This document shows positions 24,601 to 37,900 of a stretch of DNA of 64,000 bases, piece by piece. The position numbers and the translations under genes were made by a program. The stretch is from Macrostomum lignano (taxonomy: Eukaryota): the NCBI GenBank assembly GCA_002269645.1, contig NIVC01000249.1:1-64000 (forward strand), given 5' to 3'. Numbering within the stretch: the first letter of the stretch is position 1; each line of letters begins with the position of its first letter. The notes below the pieces were generated by a model, which saw only the letters and a program-made list of their open reading frames with translations, made no database searches and was not told the origin of the DNA.

Positions 24601-27600
24601 AGCCCAACCCCCCGTTACGGGGGAAGCATTAAATTTAACTCAACCCGCCAACACGCGGGGGGTTTTATTTGCATTGAACGTAGAACACGCGCACCCACCA
24701 CCCCTCAATACACAGCGGCCCGCGGGCGGAGGTTGGGGTGGCTATTTTTACAAACTGGCTGAAGCCCCAGGCAGAGTGGCAAAAGAAGGTTATTGGGGGT
24801 CAAAAAAGCAGTTTACACTGCGGTGATTCATTTATTTAATCCAATATTATCTCCAGCCAATCACTCAATATGAAAATCAGTCTATAGCCCATGCACCTCC
24901 CCAAATGCACAGGGAGAGTCTAGGCTTGTGCATTGCACAGTCAGAATTGAAATTAATGAAACCCCTCCCCAGCCACTTAACGTTTTCACAATTGAAATCA
25001 AGAAATTTTCTATGACAAATTGCTCTGATGCAGTTGAGATTTCGGAACAGAAAATTATACCATTCTGTTCAGTTTTTCAAACTCTTTCCAACGGTGTGAT
25101 TCACTTTTCTGTAGCTTGAAAATTAAAAGCAGAAATTAAGGTGCAAGTTTTCCCGTTTCTTACTTGCAGAGCGCAATGTACACTCTGTGATGAGTTAAAA
25201 AATCAAGCCATCCATTCTCGCGCAGTGTGCACCTCCACCCCTTTTTAACACTGAGCAAGTAGGCCGCCAATTCTCAAGTGCCGGCGACCCTCCCCCAGCT
25301 GAAATGAAATACACTGCAGAGATAGGAGAAAAGTTATGGCGCAACCATACAAAATAGCGTCAAGTGGGAAGTCCATGGAATGCGATATATAGACATCTGG
25401 TCTGGCTGTCTGGTTTGTGCTGTTTTCTGCTTTTTTGAAGCACTTAAAATTGAAATTTGAAAATGAATTTTAAATTGTAGCATCGTCGGGACATTTGACA
25501 TGTTTTGGTACCGGTTTGAAAGTTGAGTTGCAAGAATCCTAGGAGGAGATCGTCGACAAACCCGGCCCACCGGCCCACCCTACCACCGGACCACGACGTC
25601 AGCTTTAGTATATAGAAGTTATTGCTGAGAGAGTTGTCGATTCAGTTCTTACATAGAAATTCACTACGGGTACAGAACTCCTCTGATCCGCCTGCACCAG
25701 GGTTTCCAAGCTGCTGTACAACCCGCTGAGGAAGGCTTTAAAGTGCACCCTTACACCGCCGAGTCCAGATGCTTTTGTCGCCTGCTGGCAGGCGTAGTCG
25801 GCAGCCAGGTTGCTGTACGCACCCTTGTACTTTAGGTCACCGTACATCTTGAAAGGCAAAGCCACTAGTCGAAGCTGTGGGGCAAGTTCGTGGTTCCTTG
25901 GTGCAGAGATGCTTGTGTCGCATGAATGACGAAAGCTCAGTACAAACCTTCGGTCCGGCGACTGCGTGCGGTCGAAATTTCGGCGGTTCCGGTGGTTTTG
26001 GTGGGGCTGTTGTGGTTGAAGTCTAAGAATTTCAAAATTAACAGTTGGAAAAAGTAAGTTTTTTATTGTTTAACATCTAGATCAATGCTGAAATAACTCA
26101 CCGGGAATGCCATTTCGACTTGCCTACCTCCGCTTACAATCTCCGTCCAGACATTCCGCATGAAGTCAGTTTTCAGGTAGAGAATATTTCTATCTTTTGT
26201 GTACACCATCGCACCCTCGGTTAAGGTGTACCCGATTTCAGCTAACACTTCGTGACTAGTAACGACGCGCTTAAAATCGTGATATAGATGTCGGACTCTG
26301 TATCACCTGAGAAAATTCTCGTTACATAGTCATAAGATGATATAAAAGTTAACTCACCACGCCATCGAATCTGGAAAACTCCGGTGGCCGAGTAGCCTGG
26401 AGTGGCGGCGGCTGCAGCGGCAATCTACCTGCCTCCGGACACGCGCAGGAAGCACCTGGCTCGCCTTTTGCTCCCTTGGTTGCTGGACGTCCAGCAGGGC
26501 CAGCAGGACCTGGCGAACCTGATAGTCCGGGCTGTCCCGGAGGACCCATCACTCCACCGGTGCCTGGAGCACCTCGGTCGCCTTTCTCGCCCTTGACGGC
26601 TGCTGAACCGCGCATTTGAGAGGCCTTGACGGCCGGTCCCGGCGGGCCGGGCTCACCCTTCAGTCCAGGCTCACCCCGTGGCCCGGGGTCTCCGGTCTGG
26701 CCTTTTGGACCCAAAGGACCTCGATCCCCTTTGCGCCCGGGAATGCCGGAGGGGCCAACTCGGCCAGGCTCGCCTTGACGTCCCGTCTCTCCCTTAGCGC
26801 CTGGACTGCCAGATTCTCCTGCAGGTCCCACTGGTCCCATCTTGCCTTGGGGCCCAACGGGGCCCAAATCTCCTTTCCGACCGGCCGGCCCTGTAGCTCC
26901 CCTGGGTCCAGTCGGCCCAGTGTCGCCTTTGGGACCCGGCGGTCCAGGCTCGCCCTTGGCACCCGGCAGCCAAGCCGTTGGCTGCACAATATCGAGGCCG
27001 CTGTCTCTGCCGCCCGGGCATCTTTCGGTGCAGACGCCGGGACTGCCGGTTACGCCAGGATCTCCCTAACGAATGCGATTGCGAATGCTGAGACAAACTA
27101 TAGGCTTTTCAATTAAATTAAGTACTTACGAGCGTACGTAATTGTAGACAACCAGAGCAGATACACAGCTTTATAAACATCGGATAGTTTCCTGCATTGA
27201 TTCGTTTGAGAAAAAAAATCGCTCTACCAAGCAACATCTACCTTTTACATGAATGAATATATGCAGATTATCTAAACTACAATCTCGATCTTCACGGGAA
27301 GAGGTAAAAAATTTACAGAGAAAGCTATATCGAGAAATTCACGCATTTTAACGAGTCGAGTGCGAAATGACGTTTAGCTCGTATATATATCAAATTTTTT
27401 TGGATACTTAGATCAGGCCCTAGAGGCTATAGCTGAGTTCAGGGCATTTAACTTCATATCAGAACGACCACAAGCAGTAAATCGAGCCAACCTTTTCGCC
27501 TTTTAAGTAACTCGGCAGAGAAGGCGCAGTGGCTGTGGTCATCGCAGCCAGAAAATCGCCCGTTCGCCTGTCCTCGCCAATTTTTTCTCTCGGCAGCCAG

Positions 27601-30158
27601 TCGGTTGGTGGTTCAACATCGCCCGATGACGATAGAGACGGGGAAGAAAATTCGGGATCGGGAGGCAGGAACGGCGGCGACGGTGGATATCGAGCGATAG
27701 AACCTTCAGCCGAGATCAGCGAGCTGTTCAGTCCAGGTTGGCACTTGAGCCGCTGCCGCTTGGCGTGGTCTGGTAGAGGGCTCGCCAAAAGGAAACGTAT
27801 GATGTCACCCTAGAGGGGATTTGATTATTCCTGTTTGCGGCCTAGTTGGTACTGCAAGCTTTCAATTTAATCATAGATACGGAAATCAGGCTTGCGAGCC
27901 ATGAAAGTTTTCTGTCTTATGGTCGACACTCGCTGGCAGAGCGGATTTCAATCCAATCCTGGGGGCATCAATTTGATCATTCTATGTATTCAATGCACAT
28001 TTTTACTGTCATCGTAACTTGTTTTTAACTGGTTTGTTTTAATGAGTAATCCGGACGAGCTACTTGAAGATGATGGCAGTGATTGGAGCTTTGGAACTGC
28101 AAATAACGTCCAGGCAAACTACGGCATGAGCAGCCAGCCCAAGTACAACGCGGTCAGTACAACAAGATTAGCGATGAGAAGTACGGTCTGATTGTCACCG
28201 CTTTAGAGCGCGGCGATAGTCCGATGAAGTTCCGATAAATTCCAGGGGAATTTATGCTAAGGTTTATTCCAGCCTGCATCGCCGGACAGCCAGTAATCTG
28301 AACATTTTTTTACTTGATGATATTTAGCGCTAAAGTGTTCATTTGTTTATTGTGTCGTTCTGTTTTCAGTCTTTTCAACGATAAGTAAACGACTTGTGTT
28401 ATAGCACTGGATATCTCTAACGTTATATGAGTAGAATGATCAAATTGATGCCCCCAGGACCAAATTGAACTCCGCTATGCCAGCGAGTGTCGACCATAGA
28501 CAGAAAATATTCAGTCTCGCAAGCCTGATTTCCGTATCTATGATTAAATTGAAAGCTTGCAGTACCAACTAGGCCGCAAAAAGGAATATTTAACCGCTGT
28601 AAGTATTGGACTGAATGACTTGCTTTCACAGATCTACTTCTTCTAAGAAAAAAATAGTCCCGATCAATTGAGCCATAAACAAACTAATAAGTCACCAACG
28701 CCAGCTGCACCGAATTATCGGCATCTGCGATACCTGCTAATAATCGGAAAGTTACTTAATGACTCAGTGCTTAATTTCCCTTACCGAACTTGACCTCAAA
28801 TGGGCATGGCTGTCGAAACAACATGAGCAGTCAACTACTTTCCATTATTTGTCCCCCTTTGATGGCTTTGATGAGGAAAAGGCTGCCCATCAATGAAGCT
28901 TTTGCTCGCACTTCCGTCCCTGCTAATTTTGAACGAGCTGTGAACTCCACAACTGCGCGTCTTTTTGTCCGTCACAGCGGCCAGAGACTTCTGCCGTCAT
29001 GAACCCTCGCGAAGCTTGGGTAGGTAAGAGTACAGCTAAGGCTTGGGTTTTCCATAGGGGCCTTTTGGCCTATTCTCGGCCTATCCTTTAGTAGTCAGGA
29101 ATAAAGTATGACAAAGGGCTGTCAAATTACGCGTCGTAATGGATCCCAAAGCGAAGCTTCAGACCAAAGCGACTGCAACCGATAACTTTTAGGACGCGTC
29201 GACTAAAAGCGTCGACGCATCCATCTTTTGAAGAATTTTTCGACTTCATTTGAATTTACTTATTAACTTTTGGTCTTGTCTAGAGCTTTACTTCCTCTTA
29301 ACTTCCTTACTTCCTTAGTTGACGACATTCCTTTAAAAATCACGACACCCTCTCCCTCTTTTCAATACGAGCATAAGTCATCAATTCTCATTTGCTCACA
29401 TGGAAATAATTCTCCACTCCGTCAGAGAGCAGATACAGACTGGAGCCGGCCGCAAATCGAATCTGTTGCTGCGTGTCGCTGTACTCATTCGGCAGTGGCT
29501 GGCTGTACTCCGGGCTGTGCGACCAGAATTCTTCTCTGAATTGGTCGAAAAAATAAAATCCTACATTGCTTGAGTAACATTTTCGATAATAAAAAAGCGA
29601 AAGGCCTCACCCGGGACACCAGAACTCGTAGCTAAGCCTGCCACCGTCCAGATGGACATAAAAAGCAATCAATGAAATTCCCAGTCGAAATTCTGACTGC
29701 ACATCAGTAAGTACCGCCACTGGGCGCTGCACGATTGCTGTATCGTTGGTGACGGAGTACCAGAGATGCATCTCCAATCGGCGAAGCTTCGTCATTCGCG
29801 ACTCTACAGAGTAGCTCAATCCGAACTGAATTTTCCCACCTGGCGTTCGCACCGCCAGTAGGGTGCCGTTGACCTTTTGCGGACGGAACACAACGGCTAA
29901 GGTCAGCTTTCGGGGCAGGGCCAGGCCCACTGCCAGTTGGTCTAATGGCAGAGCTAGGCGGGTGTCTCTGTCAACACGCCAAGCCGGGACGGGTTCAGAC
30001 ACCTGCGGCACGTGGTCATTGAGCAGACTGCCAAGGTCGCGGAAGTACACAGAAGTCGGAGCAGAGGGCATCGGTGGCTGAAAATCGCCAGATATTTCCC
30101 CAGCTGCTAGCGCCAACAGCCAGTTCGATAGCAGAGCTGCGTACAGTGGCACCACCAT
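21616..30158 (-). CDS. COL18A1: Multiplexin (collagen XV/XVIII-like): signal peptide, TSPN/LamG, short collagen helix, trimerisation domain, endostatin
   Basis: Exons 30158-29611, 29535-29400, 27809-27492, 27065-26358 (Gly-X-Y), 26306-26138 (EGAMVY..LYLK), 26022-25948, 25874-25653 (LRLVAL..ADYAC..FKAFLS..VPVVNF), 22406-22288, 21817-21616 (AWRG..C..C...VVLCIE*). All phases agree except one extra base in the 26.3-kb exon. Equally related to COL15A1. Confidence 0.9.
22590..23662. repeat. ~1.07-kb imperfect polypyrimidine (CT-rich) tract
   Basis: Plus strand is almost entirely C/T with scattered A; lies in a multiplexin intron. Confidence 0.9.
23690..24010. repeat. Degenerate 30-bp tandem repeat (atcgaaatcctctccgtgaaactgaacatc)
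   Basis: About 8 degenerate units; explains the EILSVKLNII ORF. Confidence 0.8.
24059..24088 (+). repeat. Interstitial telomeric repeat (TTAGGG)4+
   Basis: GG(TTAGGG)4TTAG read directly from the sequence. Confidence 0.85.
27826..28588. mobile_element. Non-autonomous DNA transposon with ~160-bp TIRs
   Basis: 27826-27987 (tattcctgtttgcggcctagttggtactgcaagctttcaatttaatcatagatacgg...) is the reverse complement of 28427-28588 at high identity. TA at both outer ends. Confidence 0.85.
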
Positions 30159-32748
30159 GGTCGGCTGACTTATTCTAGAATAAGCTCATGGTGGCAGTGG
30201 CTTCCTTTGCGTCCGGACAATTTAGTTCTCTGATGAAAAAGCTCTCTGATATGATAAAAATTTACCTGACTGAACCAACGATTTTGACTGTTCCGAAAAT
30301 GCAGACGGCACGTAAGTTACACCTCTGCCGTCTTCTAATGGAAAAGAATTAAGAGAAGCAAAATGTAATCGTGAAGTGGCTCAAGCATAATAAGCGGAGC
30401 GAGAGGCCTAAAAAGCAGACAGACCTGAAGTCGACCTACCCTCGCGAAAATGAGATGAGAAATAAAAATAAAAGCAAATTTAGGAGGGCAACGTGAATTC
30501 GGCGGATCGTGGGTTGTGGCAGAATTCTAATTTTTTTTAGCCGAGAACACTGGGCACGCGCGGAGAAGGAAGTGCGTAGGCGCTGAGCAGCTGTGGCTGC
30601 TGCACACTCTGAGGGACTCTTTCAGCAGAGGGAGGGCACGGAGTCCCAGGCAGAGTGAGAGAATGGCCTTAGATGGTTGAACTGAAAGAAATGTTAAAGC
30701 AAAGAAAAAGCGAGAAGGCAGTAAGAGTAGAGTAAAGATCGAGCTCTGAGTCTGCGTGAGTACGAATGCCTTAAGTCTGATTATATTCTCTAGCATGACC
30801 AAAAACAAACAGAGAAACTCGTCTCACAATACCCCCGAACTAGTTTTGACTGACAAGTCGTCAGTTGGGACGCCCTTTTATGTGACCTCTCTTGCCGCAT
30901 GCAACCTGTTGCGTCTTGCCGTGGGTCTTTTATATAGCTAATCGTAATCAGCTGAAAAATTACAGGCGAACTGCATAGTACCATGTGGCAGCATAGTTTT
31001 GCTCCGGCGCTTCACTGCTCCGCTCTCCTGAAATTTAATCAAATGTGCGAAGTTTTCCTCCGAAGCACACGGAGAAATCGAATGAATTTCTGACCCCATT
31101 GCCGGACAATGTGTCGAAGGTCAAACCTTACTTGAGTTGGCTGGGTCCATGAGAATTGCCCGCAGACGAATTGCCCGCCGAGATTTTCCCGCAATGCTTT
31201 TTTACTGCAGATTTTGTCTGCATTGCCTTCCCAATGCTTATTGCATGTAATAAATCTTAGTAAAGAGATTTAAACGATCAAAACTTTTTGATAGTAACTG
31301 CATATCAAATGCATATTTTTTGGGGGGCCGGGCAATAACAGACAGAATCTAGCTGCCAAATCCGCTGCAGTCTCCACGGGTCTCCACGGGCAAATCTCCT
31401 GCGGGCATTTCCCGTGCTCCCGAGTTGGCTGGCACGAAGCGCATTGAGTCTGAGAATATTTTAGCTAAACAAAAGCAGAAAAATGCGATCTGATGTAGCT
31501 TCTGCAAAGATTGTTCACATCTTTCTACTTTTAAAAGTAGTAGAGTATGGACAACTCGCAATGTCGCGGGTCGTCATGCTCATTCAAATTTGGAAGAGGC
31601 GAATCCTCTCGCACTCACTTGTTCGCAGTCGCATAGACAAGTAGGCAAACATATAGTTCTAGTGAACAAGATTTGTCCCCTCATCCGGGATCCTCTTTTG
31701 GTTGCCGACTTTTGGACCGCTATTTAATCAGGGAATTTCAATCTGACACTGAATATTTTCAGCTCTTAGGCCTGTAGACACTGCCTGCTTAATTCAGTGA
31801 CTACAAGGATCAGAGGCAATCTCTTGACACAGTATGAACAGGAAATCCTTGAAATAAAAAACTGATATAAATAACCATAGGTGCACACAATGAATTCCGC
31901 TACAATAAACTGAATGCTACTCTTTCGATGTAAATAATTACCTGTACATGTAAATTAGAACAGTAGAATTGAGAGGGTAATATCATTTGAGGAGCAGCTA
32001 ATTGGTGGAAGAAGACACCACCATCATATATCTAAAACATTGATCATTATAGATGCTAAACTTTCGTGCCATGTCTGGTAATAATATAGACTTAATGTGG
32101 TGGGTTAAAGCGGAAGTGTCGAAACCATTCAATTTTTGTGTCAATGCTTAACCTTGTTTTCAATTTTTAACGTACCATTGCTCATCAAAATCCAAAAATT
32201 ACGTAGACTCTTCTATGAGTGTAATGTACTATGATTTCTGACTCAGGAAAGGTCTATAAAAACAGATTAATAGTCTCCTAGAAGAAGCCATAAAACTTTG
32301 TGTAAAGGAAATCTCGCTTTGTTGAAAGGCCCCTGATCCACCCAGTCCTTTATCAATCAACATTGGAGAACCCAACGACCCCGAGTCTACCTGAATTTTG
32401 ACGCCTGCCTCCAAAGCGATTGCTACTCTCAATGAAGCCCCATTTCGTAAACCTCTTCAGAGACAGGAACTGTAAATAAAAAAGACATTAAACAGACATT
32501 GAGGTGACAGACTGCAGAAAGAAATGAACTGCAAATTAGCGAAGAAGTCTATCTGGCGCATGTAAGAATCGGAAGTATACAAGTATCTCAAATGTAGGTC
32601 AGATTGTGAGTCCAATTAAGTAGTTACACGTTTTTATTCGCTTTAAGGCCAACTGTACGTTAGCTATATCTATTGGTTGTAAAACGATCAAAAGTAATCA
32701 CATTGGCGCCCAATGCGCGTCAGAGCTTTCTACTGTCTCTGCCGACGT

Positions 32749-35700
32749 TTACTCGTTCCCGACGTACATTAGTCGCGGCATCGAGGCGGGCCGAACGGCG
32801 CCGCCAGCTGAAAACCCGGCTGAGGTCGCGGCCGCGGCATTCGACGAGGCGTTGGCCCAGGAGGGAAAGTTGTAAAAGTCGAATATGACGGCCCCGTAGC
32901 TCAGAGTGCCGGCAACCAGTACAAGGCCCGAGGTGATTGTCAGCACAAAGCCGCTCTTAAGCTGCGTGTGGAAGTTTTTAGTTTTGACTAAACTTTCGAT
33001 TGCAAATCTGCAACAGAGCTGAATGGGATTCTTACCATGTCCGTAACACTGAGGTAGCCCTTGGAGAAGACGATGGAATTGGGCGGCGTTGCGACAGGTA
33101 GATTGAAGGCGAACGAGGCGGCCAAAGTGCAGGGCAGCATGAGGCTCAGAGGATTGATGCCGATCGTTCGGCTCTGACCATGCAGGGTGCCGTGTAAGAT
33201 TGTTAGTCTTAGCTCGACTGTACTTAACAAACCGCTAACCCCACTGTGTGATTTATGCTGCCAGACTGTGGGCCTTCTGCTCTACTATGCCTGTTTCACT
33301 GCGTTCAATCACTCAGGCATGCAAGCACGCATTCAATCAAGTGTCAGGCTGAGGTAAAATATTTTTCCTTACAAAATGTATCACATTCAATTCTAGATGC
33401 TACTGTGAACCTGACCGAAATCCTAGGCTCTGATTTAGTAAATGATAATAAGTACAGACTGCAGGAAGTAGTAAGTACAAACAAGAGTAGTCTAAACTAA
33501 CCAGGTCAACAAGTATAGGCAGCAGAATTGAAGCGGTGGCAGTGTTAGACGTGATCTCCGTGATAAAGGTGGTGCAGTACACGACAATCACAATGAGCAG
33601 CGGTAGTGGCAAAGACCCCAACGGCTTCAGCTGCTGACCAATCAGGGCAGACAGACCGGACTCCTGGAATTCAAAGTTATGCATTTTTTATCTCGATTTT
33701 TTTCTCAGTCCTCAGGCCAATTCCCAAAGGAGGGACTGCATTTTTAGCAGAGCAGCCAGATTTTGCTACTGAGCCGCAATCAAGTGGTGGTCGATTCGGG
33801 CATACAACAGGCCCTCTCCGGAGAATGAGCGATTGATGGGCCTACTAGACAGTCCAAAATTATTGCATCATTATGAGCATAGTTGATGATGCTCATATTG
33901 ATCCAAATCGCCAAACTGTGTAAAAGTATTGCTTGTCAGAGAGACATCAGTGAATCCCTATACTAAAAATGGTCTGTCTGTGTGTGCTTTCCCGGGTAAA
34001 ACATGTGACAGGGGGTATATTGGGACGTACAAGAACGTCTTGAGAGATCAGACAAAGCGAACCTACCCGAGTGGCTTTGGCGAGAGCAAAGCCTCCGCCG
34101 AGAAGCAAAACGATTCCCCAGGGCAGGCGCTCATGAACAACGCGCCAGGTTAACAAAGTCGATGGCCTCTCTTTGTCGAGGTTGTTTCGCACCTCCCGTT
34201 TCACCTCCTCTGTGCCATCATCATTCACGATCACTGTCTCCTCGATTACAACATCAACAGTGGCCCGCCGCCGCTTGAAGGGATTACTAGAAGGAAATAC
34301 AAACAGCAGGATGGACATAAGGATGGCTGGTTGCGCGTCAGCCATGAAGAATTTCGTTGAACCTTCAATCCGAGTCAAATTGCCGTTGCTGCTGTTAACG
34401 TAAGTGACGGGTGTCTCCTGGAACAGATAGCCCCAGCCGACGCCGCCAGGCTCGCGGGTGATCCACAGTATGATCGTGATGATGAACAGAATAATGCAAG
34501 ATACCTCAGGGAAGCTGTACAAGTGATTAAGGTGTTGTTGGAATTTGCGAGTGAGAAATACAGTTAACTATGTGACTATGTGACTAATGAAGTACTCCGT
34601 TGAGTGGTGCCACACACTTACGTGATGGGACCGAGCTTCTCATATTCCCGTTTGAGTGCCTGCTGCACGGCCTCAACTTCCTCGCTGTCCTTGACTCCAC
34701 ACTTACACGAATTCCTGCGGGTTTTCGGTGGGTAGCAAGAAACTCAACCAGATATTCCCAACTGTATAATAAGGAGAGCGGAATAAGGAGAGCTTCGGGG
34801 TCCAATATACCTTGGTCCAATATAGAGTATCTGCAGCCAAATCCAGGCAATCAGAACGCCAACCAGCGATATAGGGAAAGCGTAGGCGAACCACGTGCCA
34901 AAATTGAACGGAGACTGGTTGCCAAAGTTGCTGATTATGTTGTTGTTGAGTACAAGATTCGGCGCGGTGCCAGTCAGCGTGGCCGTGCCGCCGAAGTTTG
35001 CGCCGTAGGCAACTGAGATGGTGAGCATTTTGCAGATGTTGGCGAAGGCTCGGTTCTCAGGATTCTGGATGTAGGACAAGACAGTTTCCTCAGCATCCTC
35101 TGATGTCGCTGCAGCAGAATTAGTTTCGGCAGCTGCTGAAGTTGCCGCTGACGCCTCTGGTGCTTCGACCTCACCCACTGACTCTGGCATGCTGCCTTCA
35201 ACTTTGTCCTCAGTTGTCTCGGAGTTCTCAGCCATCTCAATCATCTCATGCTGATCTTTTTGTCCTGATTCTCCCTGCTCCGGTTCCTGTTCTACTGGCT
35301 GCTTTTGCTGAGCCTGCTCCAGGCGCTGTCGGTCCACCCGCTTGCGCATCTGGTCATGTCGCATCAGTTCGTGCAGAACGGCGTCCACAATCGGCAGCAT
35401 CATGGCCGAGGTTGCCGTGTTGGAGATCCACATCGACATGAACCAGGTGGGCATGAGAAAGCCCAGCAATAGCCATCGGGGCTGCACGCCCACCAGCTGC
35501 AGGACGAGCAGCGCGATGCGCTTGTGCAAGTCCCAGAACTCAACGCTGATAGCGAGCATCAGGCCACCGATGAACAGCATGTTCGAGTCCTGGGCGAAAA
35601 ATAATAATATGAGCTAAAACTGAAGATTATAACTTTCGATGGACCGCTTGCTACTTACTTGCTTTCAGGAGACCGATTGGAGTGCCGATGGCACTTTTAG

Positions 35701-36105
35701 AAGTACATTTAGCTATGGACTGGTGAGTTCTAATAAAGGCTGCTAGGAGAGAAAGTTTAGAGGCGCTCACCTCAAAGTACGCTGGGCACAGATCCTTCGA
35801 TGGGAGGATTTTGAAGGCGGGAACGAGCACTACAGGAATCAGGGCCGTGACTCCGATCGGTAGAGCTTCCGTTACCCAGTACACCGCCATCAGGAGAATC
35901 ATGTAGGCGACGTATGCCTCCTGCAGGTAAAGGAATTGAGCTTATCTGTTTTCGTTTTGTCCCTTCTGATTCATCCTGCCAGTCTAACACACGCTGGTAA
36001 ACTCACCGGACTTGGCAGAACCAAAGGCAGCGGCAACAGAACTAACGGCGTGAGCACGAAAATCAGCAGACTGCGCCATCGCCAGAGACTTTGAAGCAGT
36101 TTCAT
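32749..36105 (-). CDS. SLC13A: SLC13 family Na+/di-tricarboxylate or sulfate cotransporter (INDY-like)
   Basis: Exons 36105-36007, 35920-35771, 35589-34811, 34714-34622, 34514-34067, 33663-33502, 33173-33036, 32961-32749, all in phase. Motifs YWVTEALP, SMWISNTATSAMM, ANFGGTATLTGTAPN, TEITSNTAT, SFAFNLPVATPPN. Confidence 0.95.
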
Positions 36106-36870
36106 TTCTCACGAAGGTCAAATCTAGCCAGCTCAAAAGCTCCCGAATAGCCGTTTTGTTTGGCTTTACTACTTATAGGCGGGCGAATCCATAGTTCAAT
36201 CTGAGCTGACCTGAGGCCTGACTAAAATTCTGTTACCTGTTCACAAATGCAGCAATCTACAGTGATAATGCGACACAATGGCGCTAGAAGATTGTCCCCA
36301 TAGTAACAAGGCGAATGCCAAAATGTTGCCCTATCACTTCATATCTACAGTTGGCTAGCCATGTCCCTTCTCTCTCATTTTTCTCTTGAGGTACGAGTAC
36401 TAAAGTTTTAGACTAAAAAATTTTACTGCCCCAGCAACTAAATTCAAAGGGTGCAGTGCTGAACGCGCATACATGAAGCGAGTAATTTTAGTAAGAAGCT
36501 AGACAGTTTTTCCATTGCAATAGTTGTTAGAGACGGAGCAGCAAGAGACAAACAGGCGTGCCACTGCGTACAAGTCGATTGACGACTTACTGACGTTTTC
36601 ATCTCTGCTAGAGGCTGCATAAAAGCAATAGCATAAGTTCAGGGCAAATTTTTTCTGACCACGTAGTCACGTGAATGCAGACTAAATTCTCAGAGTTCAT
36701 ACAGATACGATTCAGCTCAGATATGCATTATTATTATGCAGAGACTCGAAATCCACCACTCAAGGTTGAAAAAAGTAACATTCAGGGGCTTCAGCGACCT
36801 CATTGGTTAGATAAGAGCTGCTGGTGTACAATGAGCGGTTGCACATACAATGACGAGTTTGACATACAAT

Positions 36871-37900
36871 GAGGGTTTCCTACGCAGTGTACAGTGTTGT
36901 CTGTGGTTTGTAGGAAAGGCAACAAATGGAAAAGTACAACGACAACGAATATCATAACTGCTACAAGATACTCCCCCTTCAGAAACGGAGTGACAAGGGT
37001 GGTTTGCTCTTTAAGCTTCTAAAATTTCTAAAAAACAATAAAGGTTCAAACAGTCGGTCTAAATTTTGCAAATTAAAAAGTGCTAAATATTGTGAGCTCG
37101 CATCAGTTCGCGCTTCTTTATCAGGTGAATTGCGTGTCGTGATGCATAATGGCTTCGATAGGGCGGTGTACGCTGCACAAAGCTGGGCCGCCTGCCAGAT
37201 GATGTGCAGATGTGACGAGTGGGTGCCAGAGCCGGGTGCCAGCCAGGTCAGGAGACAGCGTACTTATAAGAAGTCGGCTCCAGCGGTGGTGGCGTTGGGC
37301 GTGCGGCAGCGGTGAGCGGGTTAATCACGAGTCCGGGATCGGTTGGCGGGGAGGGAACCAATTCTGCTGGGCCGAAGCCGCAAAGGAAAATTGTGAAGAA
37401 CGTGCATCTGGTGGGCAGCTGTGCAAGGAGGTGCTGTCCGAAAGCCAATCCATCCGGGACGAGCCCTTGTCGAGTCGTTGAACCGCTCGTACCAGCGTCG
37501 CAGAGGAGTCAGCTGGCAACTTTGAGCTGACGCGTAGTCGCTGGAGCATAGGGTAGCAGTTTTGGCTAGTCCGAGTTGAATTTGACTAGCTAGTTGAACC
37601 GGCTGTTGATTCAGCCTGCGATCGCGATGTCGCCTGTTGTTAGACTGTTGTGCAAAGCCGTGTTGTGCTGATTGCGCATGCTGCCACCCAAACCAGAGCA
37701 CGGGGCTTCGAAACACGGTCTGCTACCACTTTGCAGCTGGTTGCTACAAATTTGTAGCTTTTGGTTATAGTGCTCTAGGGCGAGTATGTTTCTTGTCTTG
37801 TGCTCAGGGCTTCCTACGCAGTGTACAGTGTCGTCTGTAGTTTGTAGGGAAGGCAACAAAGGGAAAAAGTACGACGACAGCGAATATAAGAATTGCTACA
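36871..37900. repeat. Pair of ~95-bp direct repeats (36871-36966 and 37804-37900) flanking a GC-rich segment
   Basis: agggtttcctacgcagtgtacagtgttgtctgtggtttgtagg...ctgctaca versus agggcttcctacgcagtgtacagtgtcgtctgtagtttgtagg...ttgctaca. Confidence 0.8.

Noticed and set aside
31140-31420. Inverted motifs aattgcccgcag / ctgcgggcattt as a MITE
   Set aside because: The match is short and imperfect with no definable ends or TSD.
32425-32465. Hammerhead ribozyme cores (also CTGAGGA/CTGACGA in 49050-49255 and GAAAC at about 37710)
   Set aside because: In each case either the CUGANGA or the GAAA half, or stems I/III, are missing.
14521-36105. IRS (chico) and SLC13 (Indy) as a longevity or metabolic gene cluster
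   Set aside because: They are about 16 kb apart with unrelated genes between; no shared regulatory evidence, so adjacency is likely chance.
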